From: an uncultured delta proteobacterium
GTDB lineage: Bacteria; Desulfobacterota; Desulfuromonadia; Desulfuromonadales; JACZKF01
DNA: 64,000 nt
Direction: 5' to 3'
Assembly: GCA_963816395.1 (NCBI GenBank)
Contig: CAWFKQ010000007.1
Span: forward strand, 288,001-352,000
The notes beneath the pieces are model-generated. The model did no database searches, was not told where the DNA came from, and was given only the letters and a program-made list of their open reading frames with translations. The number at the start of each line of letters is the position of its first letter. Position 1 is the first letter of the stretch. The position numbers were made by a program, and so were the translations under genes. Positions 43,047 to 53,941 of this stretch are shown here, piece by piece.

Positions 43047-43640
43047 TTACCGGTAGATATAGAATGCGGTCAAGGCCTCGATGGTGGCCGCCACCAGCAG
43101 TAGAGGAACAACCAGGCCGGCGAATACCTGCAGGCACCGGCCAAGGCGCTGTTTCAATAAAGCAAATCGGCTGGGGCCGAGAATCCATAAACTGAGCCAC
43201 AACCCCAGCCCCCAGGAGATGAACATCGCCGGCAGTTCGAAAATACCGTGCGGCACGACCTTCCACCATTGCCAGGGCACCAGCGACAGAACCGCCCCGA
43301 GAATAATGCCGTTGCTCATCGCCGCCGCTGTCGGCAGCAGCGCAAAGGCGGCGCCCGCCAGCAGGGCGATCCCGCTGGCGGTCAGGTTGCGGAGAAAGAT
43401 GAGCAGTATCAGTTCCGCCGGGTTCCGGTTCGCCAACTGCCGGGCTATTTCGCCGAAGGAAAGGAGAAACGGCCGGCTGACAGCGGGGAAGAATATACCG
43501 AGTGTCACCCCGAAGGCGAAGAGGAAGACCGCCCCCCAGATGAACTCCCTGGCTTCGGCCAGGGTGAGGAAAACCTGGCGATAGAAACCTTTTCGGTCCG
43601 GCTCTGGCAGTGCCGGCGGTCGCTGCTCGGTCTCTGACAA
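43047..43640 (-). CDS. SpoIIM/DUF95 membrane protein
   Basis: IFLRN, NG..LG, PHGIFELPA, AATIE. Confidence 0.85.
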   Translation of the reverse strand: MSETEQRPPALPEPDRKGFYRQVFLTLAEAREFIWGAVFLFAFGVTLGIFFPAVSRPFLLSFGEIARQLANRNPAELILLIFLRNLTASGIALLAGAAFALLPTAAAMSNGIILGAVLSLVPWQWWKVVPHGIFELPAMFISWGLGLWLSLWILGPSRFALLKQRLGRCLQVFAGLVVPLLLVAATIEALTAFYIYR

Positions 43641-43722
43641 AGGTCACCTGGGCATCGAGTAATTTTGTGAGCACCTGCCGGTTCAACTACTATCACAAGG
43701 GCGGAGCGGCGCAAGAACGAGC

Positions 43723-44544
43723 CTACGACACCGGCCCGATATCTCCTTCCAGGCGCTTGCGGACAAAGGCGTAGTCCTTCGCTTCATCCACGTCGATGAC
43801 AAGTTCCGGCCGGTCGAGGAGCACCGGCACCAGGCGCAGGCCGAGCCGGCGGGAGGCAATCCCGGCCATTTGCTCCAAGGTCAGGCGGCGCAACAGCCAA
43901 CCGCCGATCAAATAGCTGCCGGCAACGGTCCAGCCGAAGGCCAGGGTGGTCCGCAAGGTCTGCTTGCGGACCCGGTAGAGATGATTGATGCGGGGGGCGA
44001 GCCAAAGGTGCTCTGTGACTCGCGGATCGACCAGCGCCAGATTGCCATGGCAGGCGATGAAATCGCGGAAGAAAACCCGCGCCTTCTGCCGTCCCTGGTA
44101 AAAGCCGGTAAACGCGGCTTCCGGTACAAAAACGACAAACACTTCGCCGTCTCCGGCCGACTTTTCTGCACAGGCGTCCAGGAAAGCGCCCACCGCCTCA
44201 GAGGTAATCAGCGGCATGTCGGCGGTGGCGAAAAGGACGGCGGGGGAACCGCCGAAATGCTGCAGGCCGAGGATGATGTTACCGCCCAGGCTCTTCACCG
44301 CCTCCTCGTATTCACAGCCGTCCTGCTCCCCAACCGCCTGCCGCAGGGCCTCAGCCGGTCCCACCAGACAGATGCGATCGACCTGCGGCACCCGCCGCAG
44401 CGCCTCGAGGGTATAGAGGACCGACGGCTTGCCGGCGAATTTCAGCAGCGCCTTGGGGCCGGGCTCATAGCCGGCGTAAAGGGGGATGCGATTGATGCCG
44501 CCGGCGAGGATCACGGCATTTACCCTCTGCTCCTTAAGCCCCAT
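43723..44544 (-). CDS. MobA-like NTP transferase
   Basis: AVILAGG...KALL, TADMPL, IDVD. Confidence 0.82.
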   Translation of the reverse strand: MGLKEQRVNAVILAGGINRIPLYAGYEPGPKALLKFAGKPSVLYTLEALRRVPQVDRICLVGPAEALRQAVGEQDGCEYEEAVKSLGGNIILGLQHFGGSPAVLFATADMPLITSEAVGAFLDACAEKSAGDGEVFVVFVPEAAFTGFYQGRQKARVFFRDFIACHGNLALVDPRVTEHLWLAPRINHLYRVRKQTLRTTLAFGWTVAGSYLIGGWLLRRLTLEQMAGIASRRLGLRLVPVLLDRPELVIDVDEAKDYAFVRKRLEGDIGPVS

Positions 44545-45100
44545 CCGCCGATCCCTCCTGCCTCCGGGGCCATCGCCGAGCCGGCGGGAGCGGCATTACG
44601 GCAAAACGCCGGCAGGGACGAGCCCTCCCGGCGCTTTCTGCCTGCGAGCCACCAGGGTTATCGGTCTGACTCCTGTTCACATCGTAGCTCTCCACAGTCC
44701 GCCAGCCAAGGGGAATGTCGCGATCCGATTCCTCCCAATAGGGGGGCTGGCCGTAATATCGATGGATCTCCAGTCCCCATTGGCGATCTCCCATCCGCGG
44801 CCAGCTGTTCTTGTCGAATCCAGGCGCCTGCCGAAGCTTCTCCGCCTCGACAGTAAAGTGAAAACGCATCTGCTCGCTGTCCAACTGAAGAAGTTTCCAG
44901 GGAATCGCCAGAAGCTTATCGCCCATGCCGAGATTACCGCCGACGGCAAGAATGGCATAACCGACCTGGCCGCTCTCCAGATCGATCATGAGCTCTTCGA
45001 TCCGGCCGAGGTCCTCCTCTCCAGGGGCACTAACCACCGGGATACCGATAAGGGCAGCTGCGGAAAGCACTTCCGCCCCGGACCCGGCTGCCTTGCCCAT
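44534..45100 (-). CDS. PRC-barrel protein (3' end uncertain)
   Basis: LSAAALIG..V....EDLGRIEELMID..SG.V.YA.L..GG.LG.G.KL.AIPW. Confidence 0.85.
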   Translation of the reverse strand: MGKAAGSGAEVLSAAALIGIPVVSAPGEEDLGRIEELMIDLESGQVGYAILAVGGNLGMGDKLLAIPWKLLQLDSEQMRFHFTVEAEKLRQAPGFDKNSWPRMGDRQWGLEIHRYYGQPPYWEESDRDIPLGWRTVESYDVNRSQTDNPGGSQAESAGRARPCRRFAVMPLPPARRWPRRQEGSADGA

Positions 45101-45216
45101 GGCTGACCTCCTTGTGCCGAAATTTGCTGATTTATTCCCACTTTAGCGGAGGACGAGCGGTTGTCAATGGGCTGACGGCTAGCCAACGGCGGGCGGCAGG
45201 CTAGACTGGTAGAAAG

Positions 45217-45771
45217 ATGCGGGGGGAGGGTTCGATGGAGCGGATCCGGCTTTTCTGGACACCGGAGGTGAAAGCGGATCTCCGGGAATATGTGCTGGCC
45301 ATGCTGCCGTCTCTGCTGGAGCGGCCGGCGGCCGCGGGCTCCCCCTTCGAGCTGGGGATGGAGGATTTCAGCATGCGGCGCCAGCAGTATCGGGCAGCCG
45401 CCCTGCTTGCCACTTTACGCCCCCGGCGGGCGGCGGAGGAACTGCTGTTGGCGGTAACCGGCGCCGACCTTTTCGCTCCCGGCCTCAATTTCGTCTTCGG
45501 TCAGGCCGATCCGGCGGGTCGCTGCGCCATTTTCTCCCTTTTCCGACTGGGCCCCGGGCTAACCCGTGAAACCCCTCCCGCCTCCCTATTCCAGCGCCGG
45601 GCATTGACTGAGGCCGTGCATGAGACCGGCCATCTCCTCGCCCTGCCCCACTGCCCGGATCCCGCCTGCGCCATGCACTTCTCCAATACCCTGGCCGAGA
45701 CTGACCGCAAAGGGCCGGGGCTGTGTGAGAAATGCCGGCGCCGGCTGCGGGCCGCCGACCTGGCCAACTAA
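45217..45771 (+). CDS. Archaemetzincin family Zn metalloprotease
   Basis: HETGHLLALPHC...CAM..SN....D.K....C..C. Confidence 0.92.
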   Translation: MRGEGSMERIRLFWTPEVKADLREYVLAMLPSLLERPAAAGSPFELGMEDFSMRRQQYRAAALLATLRPRRAAEELLLAVTGADLFAPGLNFVFGQADPAGRCAIFSLFRLGPGLTRETPPASLFQRRALTEAVHETGHLLALPHCPDPACAMHFSNTLAETDRKGPGLCEKCRRRLRAADLAN

Positions 45772-45912
45772 TATCCGGTAAATAACGCGGCCTGCCCTGG
45801 TTCTTGAAAACCATTTATTCGAACACAGATAGAACCTCATGCGTTAGATTCTGACAATTGATGTTATCCGCATTTATCCGATTTCTGATCTGTAGTGTCT
45901 GAAAAAAAGCAA

Positions 45913-45995
45913 TTTAACGCAGAGACGCAGAGGCGCTGAGACTGAAATAAAAAAGGTTATCTATCTCTCTGCGCCTTTAGCGCCTCCGCGTTAAA
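45913..45995. repeat. AACGCAGAG.CGCAGAG palindromic element
   Basis: TTTAACGCAGAGACGCAGAGGCGC...GCGCCTTTAGCGCCTCCGCGTTAAA; half copy at 7628-7655. Confidence 0.8.
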
Positions 45996-46046
45996 GCCTA
46001 GCTTTTCATCGTTTCGGGTGTGCCGCAGGCACATGTCGAACTGTAT

Positions 46047-47057
46047 TCAATTCACCTTTATCTTTAGCGGATCGGGCACCCCGGCCAAGTCCGCTGGACG
46101 GATTTCACCATTAGGGGCGACATGGCGCACCTCGCAGCGCAGCTCGAAGCCGCTCCTTTCCCGCACCGTTTTCCGGATGTGGGCAATCAGAGCCAGGACC
46201 TCCCCTGCAGTAGCGCCGCCCCGGTTGACGATGAAGTTGGCGTGGCGGCAGGAGACCTCGGCAGCACCGAGGCGATACCCCTTCAACCCCGCTTCCTCGA
46301 TGATCCGACCGGGGGGGCCGACGGTGGCATGCATCTCCGCCGTGCTCAGGAATACCGAGCCGCAATTAGGCTCCCCCCGGCGCGGGAACTTGCGCCGCCG
46401 CTCCCGCAAATCGGCGAGCATCTGCCGGCGCATCTCCCGGGGCTCGCCATCTGTGCATTCCAGTTCTACTCCGATCACCACCGCCCCGTTCTCCTGCAGG
46501 CTGCTGGCCCGATAACTGAAGCGGCACTCGGCGCGGGTAAGAACCGCCGGATCTCCTCCCCGGTCGATGGTCCGGACCCGCAGCACATTGTCGCCGATGG
46601 CGTGGCGCAGGCTGCCGCCGTTCATCGCCACCAGCCCGCCGATCGTCCCGGGGATGCCGATGATATGTTCCAGTCCGGAAAGCCCCCTTTGCGCCGCTTG
46701 CCGCGCCAGTTGCGGCACCCATACTCCGGCTTCGGCAAAGATGTGGCGACCGGTGATCTCGAGGCGGGAAAAACGGGCGCCCAGCTTGAGAACGATGCCG
46801 CGCAGGCCGGCATCGTCGAAGAGCAGGTTGCTCCCCTGGCCAATGACCAGCAGGGGAATACCCTCGCGCTTGGCGAAGCGAACGACCGCACCCACCTGCC
46901 CCGCGCTGCGGGGTTCGATCAGGACATCGGCCGGTCCGCCAATGCGCCAGGTGCTGTGTCTTGACAGGGGCTCATCGAAGCGGAGGTCATCGGGAGCGAA
47001 GGCGCCGAGGGTTTCAAGGGTGCGACAGCAGAAGGATTCGGCAAAGGGCATCGGCAT
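46047..47057 (-). CDS. murB: UDP-N-acetylmuramate dehydrogenase
   Basis: HSTWRIGGPA, GQGSNLL, GIPGTIGG..MNGG, CGSVF, HANFIVN, LRCEV. Confidence 0.93.
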   Translation of the reverse strand: MPMPFAESFCCRTLETLGAFAPDDLRFDEPLSRHSTWRIGGPADVLIEPRSAGQVGAVVRFAKREGIPLLVIGQGSNLLFDDAGLRGIVLKLGARFSRLEITGRHIFAEAGVWVPQLARQAAQRGLSGLEHIIGIPGTIGGLVAMNGGSLRHAIGDNVLRVRTIDRGGDPAVLTRAECRFSYRASSLQENGAVVIGVELECTDGEPREMRRQMLADLRERRRKFPRRGEPNCGSVFLSTAEMHATVGPPGRIIEEAGLKGYRLGAAEVSCRHANFIVNRGGATAGEVLALIAHIRKTVRERSGFELRCEVRHVAPNGEIRPADLAGVPDPLKIKVN

Positions 47058-47072
47058 TGGCAGCGGCTCGTA

Positions 47073-50000
47073 TTACATATTGCGGCGGTACTGGCCCCCG
47101 ACCTCATAAAGGGCGGCGCTGATCTGCCCGAGGGAGGCGACCTGCACCGTCTCGCATCAGTTCGGCGAAGATATTGTCGCCCAACTCCGCGGCCTGCTGC
47201 AAGCGTTTGAGGGCCTGCGGCGCCCGTGCTTGTGTTTGTCCTGGAAAGCCCGCAGGTTGGCGATCTGCTGCTCCTTCTCCTGCCTGGTGGCACGGGCCAG
47301 CGTCGTCGGGAATCCGGTAACCCTCCTCATCGGCCCTGGGATTGAGATAGGTGTTGACGCCGATAATCGGCAGTTCGCCGGTATGCTTTTTATGCTCGTA
47401 GAGCATCGATTCTTCCTGGATCTTGCTGCGCTGGTACATGAGTCTCCATGGCGCCGAGTACTCCGCCGCGCTCATTGATGCGCTCGAACTCTGCGAGCAC
47501 CGCCTCCTCGACCAGGTCGGTCAGCTCTTCAATGATGAAGGTCCCCTGCAGCGGGTTCTCGTTCTTCGCCAGACCGAGTTCCTTGGTGATGATCATCTGG
47601 ATCGCCATCGCCCGGCGCACCGACTCCTCCGTCGGCGTGGTGACCGCCTCGTCGTAGGCATTGGTGTGCAGCGAGTTGCAGTTGTCGTAGATCGCCATCA
47701 ACGCCTGCAGGGTGGTGCGGATGTCGTTGAAATCCATCTCCTGGGCATGCAGCGAACGCCCCGAGGTCTGGATGTGATACTTGAGCATCTGGCTGCGGGT
47801 GTTGGCGCCGTAGCGCTCGCGCATCACCACCGACCAGATACGCCGCGCCACCCGGCCGATCACCGTGTACTCGGCATCGAGGCCGTTGGAGAAGAAGAAG
47901 GAGAGGTTGGGGGCGAACTCGTCGATTTGCATCCCCCGCGACAGATAATACTCAACGAAGGTGAAGCCGTTGGCGAGGGTGAAGGCGAGCTGGCTGATCG
48001 GGTTGGCGCCGGCCTCGGCGATATGGTAGCCGCTGATCGAGACCGAGTAGTAGTTGCGCACCTGCTGGTCGATGAAATACTGCTGGATGTCTCCCATCAT
48101 CCGCAGGGCGAACTCGGTGGAGAAGATGCAGGTGTTCTGCCCCTGGTCCTCCTTGAGGATGTCGGCCTGCACCGTGCCGCGCACCGTCTGCAGGGTGCAG
48201 GCGCGGATCTCGGCCGCTTCGCCCGGGAGCGGCTCGCGCCCCTCACGGGCGCGGAAGATATCGACCTGCTGGCGGATCGCGGTGTTGAAGAACATCGCCA
48301 GCAGGATCGGCGCCGGGCCGTTGATGGTCATCGAGACGCTGGTCATCGGGTCGCACAGGTCGAAGCCGGCAAACAGCTTATCCATGTCGTCCTGGGTGCA
48401 GATGGACACGCCGCTCTCGCCAACCTTGCCGTAGATGTCGGGGCGTTCATCCGGGTCCTCGCCATAGAGGGTGACGCTGTCGAAGGCGGTCGAAAGGCGC
48501 TTGGCCGCATCGTCCTCGGTCAGAAAGTGAAAGCGGCGGTTGGTCCGCTCCGGCGGCCCTTCGCCGGCGAACTGGCGCTTCGGGTCCTCGGCGGTGCGCT
48601 TGAAGGGGAACAGCCCGGCGGTGTAGGGGAAACGCCCGGGGCAGATTCTCCTTCATGCGTCCAGTTGACGATCTCGCCGTAAGTCCGCGTAGTCGGGCAG
48701 GCAGACCCGGGGGATTTGTGTCCCGGAGAGGGTGGTGGTGAACAGTTCGGTGCGGATCTCCTTGTCGCGCACCCTGGTGACCATCTGCTCCTGGCGGTAG
48801 GCTCTGCTGCAGCTCCGGCCACTCCTGGAGGAGCTCGACGGGTCGCGGGGGTGAGCTGGGCCTCGACGGCGGCAATGGCGGCATCGAGCTCGGTTGCCAG
48901 CCCTGCGCTCTTCTCCGCCAGCTGTTCGCGGGTCCCCGCGAGCTGGAAGAGTCGGCGCGCGGCCAGTGATCTGTTCGGCGATTTGCTTGCGGTAGCTGCG
49001 GGCAGTGTCGGACGATTTCGCCGAGGTAGCCGGCCTGCTCGGGCGGGATGATCTGGTGCTGCCGGCTCTGCCTGGGTGGCCGACCTGCAGGCTCGATTGC
49101 CAGCCGAGCCCCTTCCTGTCGTTGAGCAGGTCGATCAGTGCCCGGTAGAGAATGTTGGTGCCGAGGTCGTTGAACTTGCTGGCGATGGTGCCGAAAACCG
49201 GCAGCGCCTCGTCGGGCAATGTCGAACAGGTTGCGGTTGCGGCGGTACTGCTTGCGCACGTTGCGCAGGGCGTCCTCGGCCCCCTTCTTCTCCATCTTGT
49301 TCAGCGCGACCAGGTCGGCGAAGTCGAGCATGTCGATCTTCTCCAGCTGGGTCGGGGCGCCGAACTCGCTGGTCATCACGTAGAGAGAGACATCGCAGAT
49401 CTCGACGATGCCGGCATCTCCCTGACCGATGCCGCTGGTTTCGACGATGATCAGGTCGAAAGCCGCCGCCTTGAGTACATCGAGAGCTTCGACGGATGGC
49501 CGCAGAGAGTTCGGTTTTGCGATTGGCGGGTGGCGAGCGAGCGCATGTAAACGCGGGGGGAATCGATGGCGTTCATGCGGATGCGGTCGCCGAGCAGCGC
49601 CCCGCCGGTGCGCTGGCGGGTCGGATCGACCGAGAGGATGGCAATATGCTTGTCGGGGAAATCGCGCAGGAAGCGTCGCACCAGTTCATCGGTCAGCGAA
49701 CTCTTGCCGGCGCCGCCGGTGCCGGTGATGCCGAGCACCGGGACATCGGTGCGCAGCTCGCGGACCCTGCCCAAAGCCTGGGCGATCTCCGGAGTCTTGT
49801 CGGTCAGGGCCTGCTCGGCAATCGTGATCAGCCGGGCGATGGCTGGAAAGCTGCGCTTTCGCCAGCGCCGCCAGATCGGCCTCGAGTTGGCGCGGAGTGC
49901 TAAAGTCGCAGGCCTGCAGCTTGAAGTCGATCATTCCCTGCAGCCCCATTTTGCGGCCATCCTCCGGCGAGAAGATCCGGCAGATGCCGTAGCTCTGCAG

Positions 50001-50333
50001 CTCCCTTATCTCATCGGGAAGGATCACCCCGCCGCCGCCGCCGAAGATGCGGATGTGCTCGGCCTGACGCTCCCTGAGCATGTCGTACATGTACTTGAAG
50101 AACTCCATGTGGCCACCCTGGTAGGAGCTGACCGCGATCCCCTGAACATCCTCCTGGATGGCGGCGGTGACGATCTCGGCCGCCGAGCGGTTATGCCCCA
50201 GGTGCACCACCTCGGCGCCGGAGGCCTGCAGCAGCCTGCGCATGATGTTGATCGATACGTCGTGGCCGTCGTAAAGGCTGGTGGCGGTGACAAAACGGAC
50301 TGAATTCTGGAGCCGGTAACCGGAATTCTCCAT
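47073..50333 (-). CDS. icmF: Fused isobutyryl-CoA mutase/GTPase IcmF (many frameshifts)
   Basis: B12 domain DGHDVSIN, Mea[17 protein letters not shown], mutase [24 protein letters not shown]-terminal GGQYRRNM. Confidence 0.93.
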
Positions 50334-50436
50334 GGAGGATCTCCTTCGCTGACACAATGCTCCAAGACACAGCACGCCGATGTGCGTGCCGGCATAACCA
50401 CAATGGTCGAATTTCCAATACCACAAACATCGTTTT

Positions 50437-50452
50437 AGCAAGTCTCGTGCCA
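50437..50452 (-). promoter_or_regulatory. sigma54 -24/-12 promoter of icmF
   Basis: TGGCACGAGACTTGCT on minus strand, consensus match. Confidence 0.88.
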
Positions 50453-50917
50453 CGCCGGTAAACAAAGCAGCAAGACCCCTTATGCAACTGAAAGAGCATG
50501 CTTTTCCCCGAAGCTAACGGGATACGAGAGAAAAAGTGCCAGCGTATTACTGTTTACACTCGTGACAATCGGCCAGGGCAAATGGCTTCGAAACCGGATT
50601 TTCACCGTTCTCGCCACCGCTCAATTGTATTCAGGTTTCGATCGGCCGGATAGGCCGGGCGCTTGTGTAAAGTGCTTGTCTCGCCATGCTTTTTACCGCT
50701 CTAAGTACCTGAAAATTTTCTTTATTTCAGAACTGCGCGAGAGTTTGAGGAGCACCATGGGTGTCTTGCCTGCAAAAAGAAAAATAAGGTTTGCAGTGAA
50801 ATTAAAACACTGTATTATGCTTAGACACATTAACGGATCTAGACGTGACACTTCGTGGCGAGCATCCTGATGCCGCTTCCCTTGGCAGTTCTGGAGTGAC
50901 CGGCCGGCAAGGATCGC

Positions 50918-52690
50918 ATGAATGGCAGCGGGCGAAAAGGAACAGCGGTGAGTTTCGGGGTGGCCCCTGCCGGAAGGGAACGGCGCTGTGTGCTGGAACT
51001 CGACGCCGAATGGAAGATTGCCTCGTGTTCGGCCGATTGCCGACAGATCCTCGGGCTGACCGAAGAGAGGTTGATTGGACAGACCCTGAGGCAGGTTTTC
51101 GATCTGAACCTGCTCCAGGGCCTTCTGGATAATCGATTCTGCTTTGTCGGTCAGCCGGTTCTGGTCGGGCGCAGGAAACTGCTCTGTGACTACCATCCAG
51201 ACCCCGCAGGGAATCAGACGACCGAGGGCACCATATACTTCCGCGGCAGAAGTCCGGGCGAGTTGGAAAGTCCCGCATTGCAGGAGGTTCTGGTCGCGGT
51301 CGATCCCTACCTCGATCTGGAACGCGATGGCCTGCTCCTGGTCAATCGTGCCGCCTGCATTGTGCTGATCAACCAGTCGCTGGCCGAACTGCTGGGGTCC
51401 ACGGCGAGTCAACTGCTCGGCTGTCCCGTCGAAATGTTGAAAGATCTCCCGCCACTTTGCGATCTTGCGGAGACCATGCGCTCCGGCCGGACCGAAGTCA
51501 GCGCCCTGGAGCTTCCACAGGGGCGTGAGGTGGTGATCAACCGCTGGCCAGTGGTGAAAAACCATGAAACCATCGGAGCCCTTGGCAAGGTTCTGTTCCG
51601 GCCGTTGTTCAAGGAAGTGCCGCCGGCAGAAAAACCCTCACCCTACAAGGAGGTGAAAGCTCCGCCGCCGCCTCCGTCCACCCCTGCCGCCCAGGCGTTC
51701 AAGTACGATACCAACAGCATTATCGGCCACAGCCGAGTCATGAAGGAACTCAAGGAGAAACTGCTGCGGATCGCCGATCGCGGCTCCAACGTGCTGCTGC
51801 TCGGGGAAAGCGGCACCGGTAAGGAGTTGTTCGCGCACGCCATTCATGCCGCCAGTAAGCGACGCCACGGGCCTTTCATTCGTGTCAACTGCGCAGCAAT
51901 TCCCGATCATCTGCTCGAATCGGAGCTTTTCGGCTATGTTGAGGGAGCTTTCACCGGGGCCAAAAAGGGGGGGCAGATCGGCAAATTCGAGCAGGCGCAT
52001 AACGGCACCATTTTCCTGGATGAAATCAGCGATATGCCGATTCAGATGCAGGCCAAGCTGCTGCGGGTTCTGCAGGAGAAGGAAGTGACCCCCCTTGGCA
52101 GCACCACGACCCGTCGCATCAATATGCGGGTCATCGCGGCGACCAACATCGATCTGCAACAACTGGTTGCCGATGGACGGTTCCGCACCGATCTCTACTA
52201 CCGGCTCAATATCGTCGCCCTGACCATCCCGCCTCTGCGCGAGAGAGTAGAAGATATCTATTTCATCACCAAGCATATGTTCGATAACTTTAATGCCGAA
52301 TTTGAAATGCGCATCGAGGGGTTGGAGCCGGACGCGTGGGAAGCAATCCAACGTTATGAATTTCCGGGCAACATCCGTGAACTCCGCAATGCCATCGAAT
52401 CCGCGTTCAACATCTCCATGGGCAATACCATCAAGCTCGAGGATCTCCCCCAGCACATCAGTCGAATCGGCGGCACTCTCCCCCTGCATGCCAACGGTCA
52501 ACTGCAGAAGAGCGACCTGACCGCCGGCCTGGGCCGCAAGGCCCTCCAGCAGATCATCGAGGAGTTGGAGAAATACCTGATCGAGCATGCCCTGCAGCAA
52601 TGCGGCGGCAGCAAACTCACTACGGCCAACCTGCTCGGCATCTCCCGTCCGGGGCTCTACAAGAAACTGCAGAAGTACGATCTGCATTGA
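50918..52690 (+). CDS. PAS-domain sigma54 enhancer-binding protein
   Basis: GESGTGKE, GAFTGA, FLDEI, FPGNIREL, Fis-type HTH. Confidence 0.95.
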   Translation: MNGSGRKGTAVSFGVAPAGRERRCVLELDAEWKIASCSADCRQILGLTEERLIGQTLRQVFDLNLLQGLLDNRFCFVGQPVLVGRRKLLCDYHPDPAGNQTTEGTIYFRGRSPGELESPALQEVLVAVDPYLDLERDGLLLVNRAACIVLINQSLAELLGSTASQLLGCPVEMLKDLPPLCDLAETMRSGRTEVSALELPQGREVVINRWPVVKNHETIGALGKVLFRPLFKEVPPAEKPSPYKEVKAPPPPPSTPAAQAFKYDTNSIIGHSRVMKELKEKLLRIADRGSNVLLLGESGTGKELFAHAIHAASKRRHGPFIRVNCAAIPDHLLESELFGYVEGAFTGAKKGGQIGKFEQAHNGTIFLDEISDMPIQMQAKLLRVLQEKEVTPLGSTTTRRINMRVIAATNIDLQQLVADGRFRTDLYYRLNIVALTIPPLRERVEDIYFITKHMFDNFNAEFEMRIEGLEPDAWEAIQRYEFPGNIRELRNAIESAFNISMGNTIKLEDLPQHISRIGGTLPLHANGQLQKSDLTAGLGRKALQQIIEELEKYLIEHALQQCGGSKLTTANLLGISRPGLYKKLQKYDLH

Positions 52691-52979
52691 ACTTTCATTG
52701 TCTCGGTTTTCCATGAGGGGATCAACATTGTGCCGGTTGCTGCTTGCGGCTGTAAACATCTGGATAACCTGTCACCAATGGATGATTTTCCGCTCCGGAC
52801 CGCATAGAGAGGGTTTCCGGACAGCACTGATGACAGCCGCCCGAGAGTTGTAAACCTTCGGCGACACCCCGGGGCCGGTCGCGGGTCGGCTTCGGAACCC
52901 GTTAAAAAATTAATTTCTCCCTGAAACATTGTATCTAGTGAAACTTTTTGACTCCTGTCGATCATTGTAGAACGCTGTT

Positions 52980-52995
52980 TGGTATTAAACTTGCG
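52980..52995 (+). promoter_or_regulatory. sigma54 promoter of ABC/acyl-CoA operon
   Basis: TGGTATTAAACTTGCG, GG-N10-GC spacing. Confidence 0.72.
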
Positions 52996-53122
52996 TCGAA
53001 ATGCCTGCAAGTCCGCCGAGCGGTCTGCAGCATGACCGGGCACCGCCCGACAAAACCGCTGGAGCGGCAGATCCAGCAGCAAGTCGCGCCCTTTCCACCG
53101 CAGCTTCATCTGGAGTGCCTGC

Positions 53123-53941
53123 ATGTCAACAACGGAAACACCCCCTCTGCTGCAAGTCGACCAGGTATCCCTCTCCTTCGGCGGAGTTCATGCCCTGACC
53201 AACGTCAGCTTCGAAGTCCATGCAGGGGAGATCTTCTCCATCATCGGACCCAACGGAGCGGGCAAAACCTCGATGCTCAACTGCATCTCCGGCAGATACC
53301 AGCCGAACCAGGGGCGCATCCTCTTCAAAGGACGGGAGGTGACCAGCCTGCGCCCGAATGACCGCTGCATTCTCGGCATCGGCCGCACCTTTCAGAACCT
53401 GGCGCTGTTCGCCCACATGACGGTGCTCGACAACATCCTGGTCGGCCGTCACCACCTGCTGAAGAACAACTTCCTGACCGGTTCCCTCTACTGGCTGGTC
53501 GGTGCCCGCAGGGAGGAACTGCGCCACCGCCGCGAGGTGGAAAACATCATCGACTTTCTCGAAATCGCCCACATCCGCAAAGCGGTCGCCGGGACCCTCT
53601 CCTATGGCCTGCGCAAGCGGGTCGAACTGGCCCGCGCGATCGCCTTGCGCCCCGATCTGATCCTGCTCGATGAGCCGATGGCGGGGATGAACCTCGAGGA
53701 GAAGGAGGACATGGCGCGTTACATCATCGACCTCAACGAGGAATGGGGGATGACGGTGGTGATGATCGAGCACGACATGGGAGTGGTCATGGACATTTCC
53801 CAGCGGGTGATGGTGCTCGATTTCGGCCGCAAGATTGCCGACGGCCTGCCGGAAGAGATCATGGCCAACGAACAGGTCAAGACAGCCTATCTCGGCGAGG
53901 AGGGCGACGCCCCTGCCGAAATCGGCCGAGAGGTGGCTTAA
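53123..53941 (+). CDS. LivG-like ABC ATP-binding protein
   Basis: GPNGAGKT, RTFQN, LSYG, LLDEP. Confidence 0.93.
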   Translation: MSTTETPPLLQVDQVSLSFGGVHALTNVSFEVHAGEIFSIIGPNGAGKTSMLNCISGRYQPNQGRILFKGREVTSLRPNDRCILGIGRTFQNLALFAHMTVLDNILVGRHHLLKNNFLTGSLYWLVGARREELRHRREVENIIDFLEIAHIRKAVAGTLSYGLRKRVELARAIALRPDLILLDEPMAGMNLEEKEDMARYIIDLNEEWGMTVVMIEHDMGVVMDISQRVMVLDFGRKIADGLPEEIMANEQVKTAYLGEEGDAPAEIGREVA

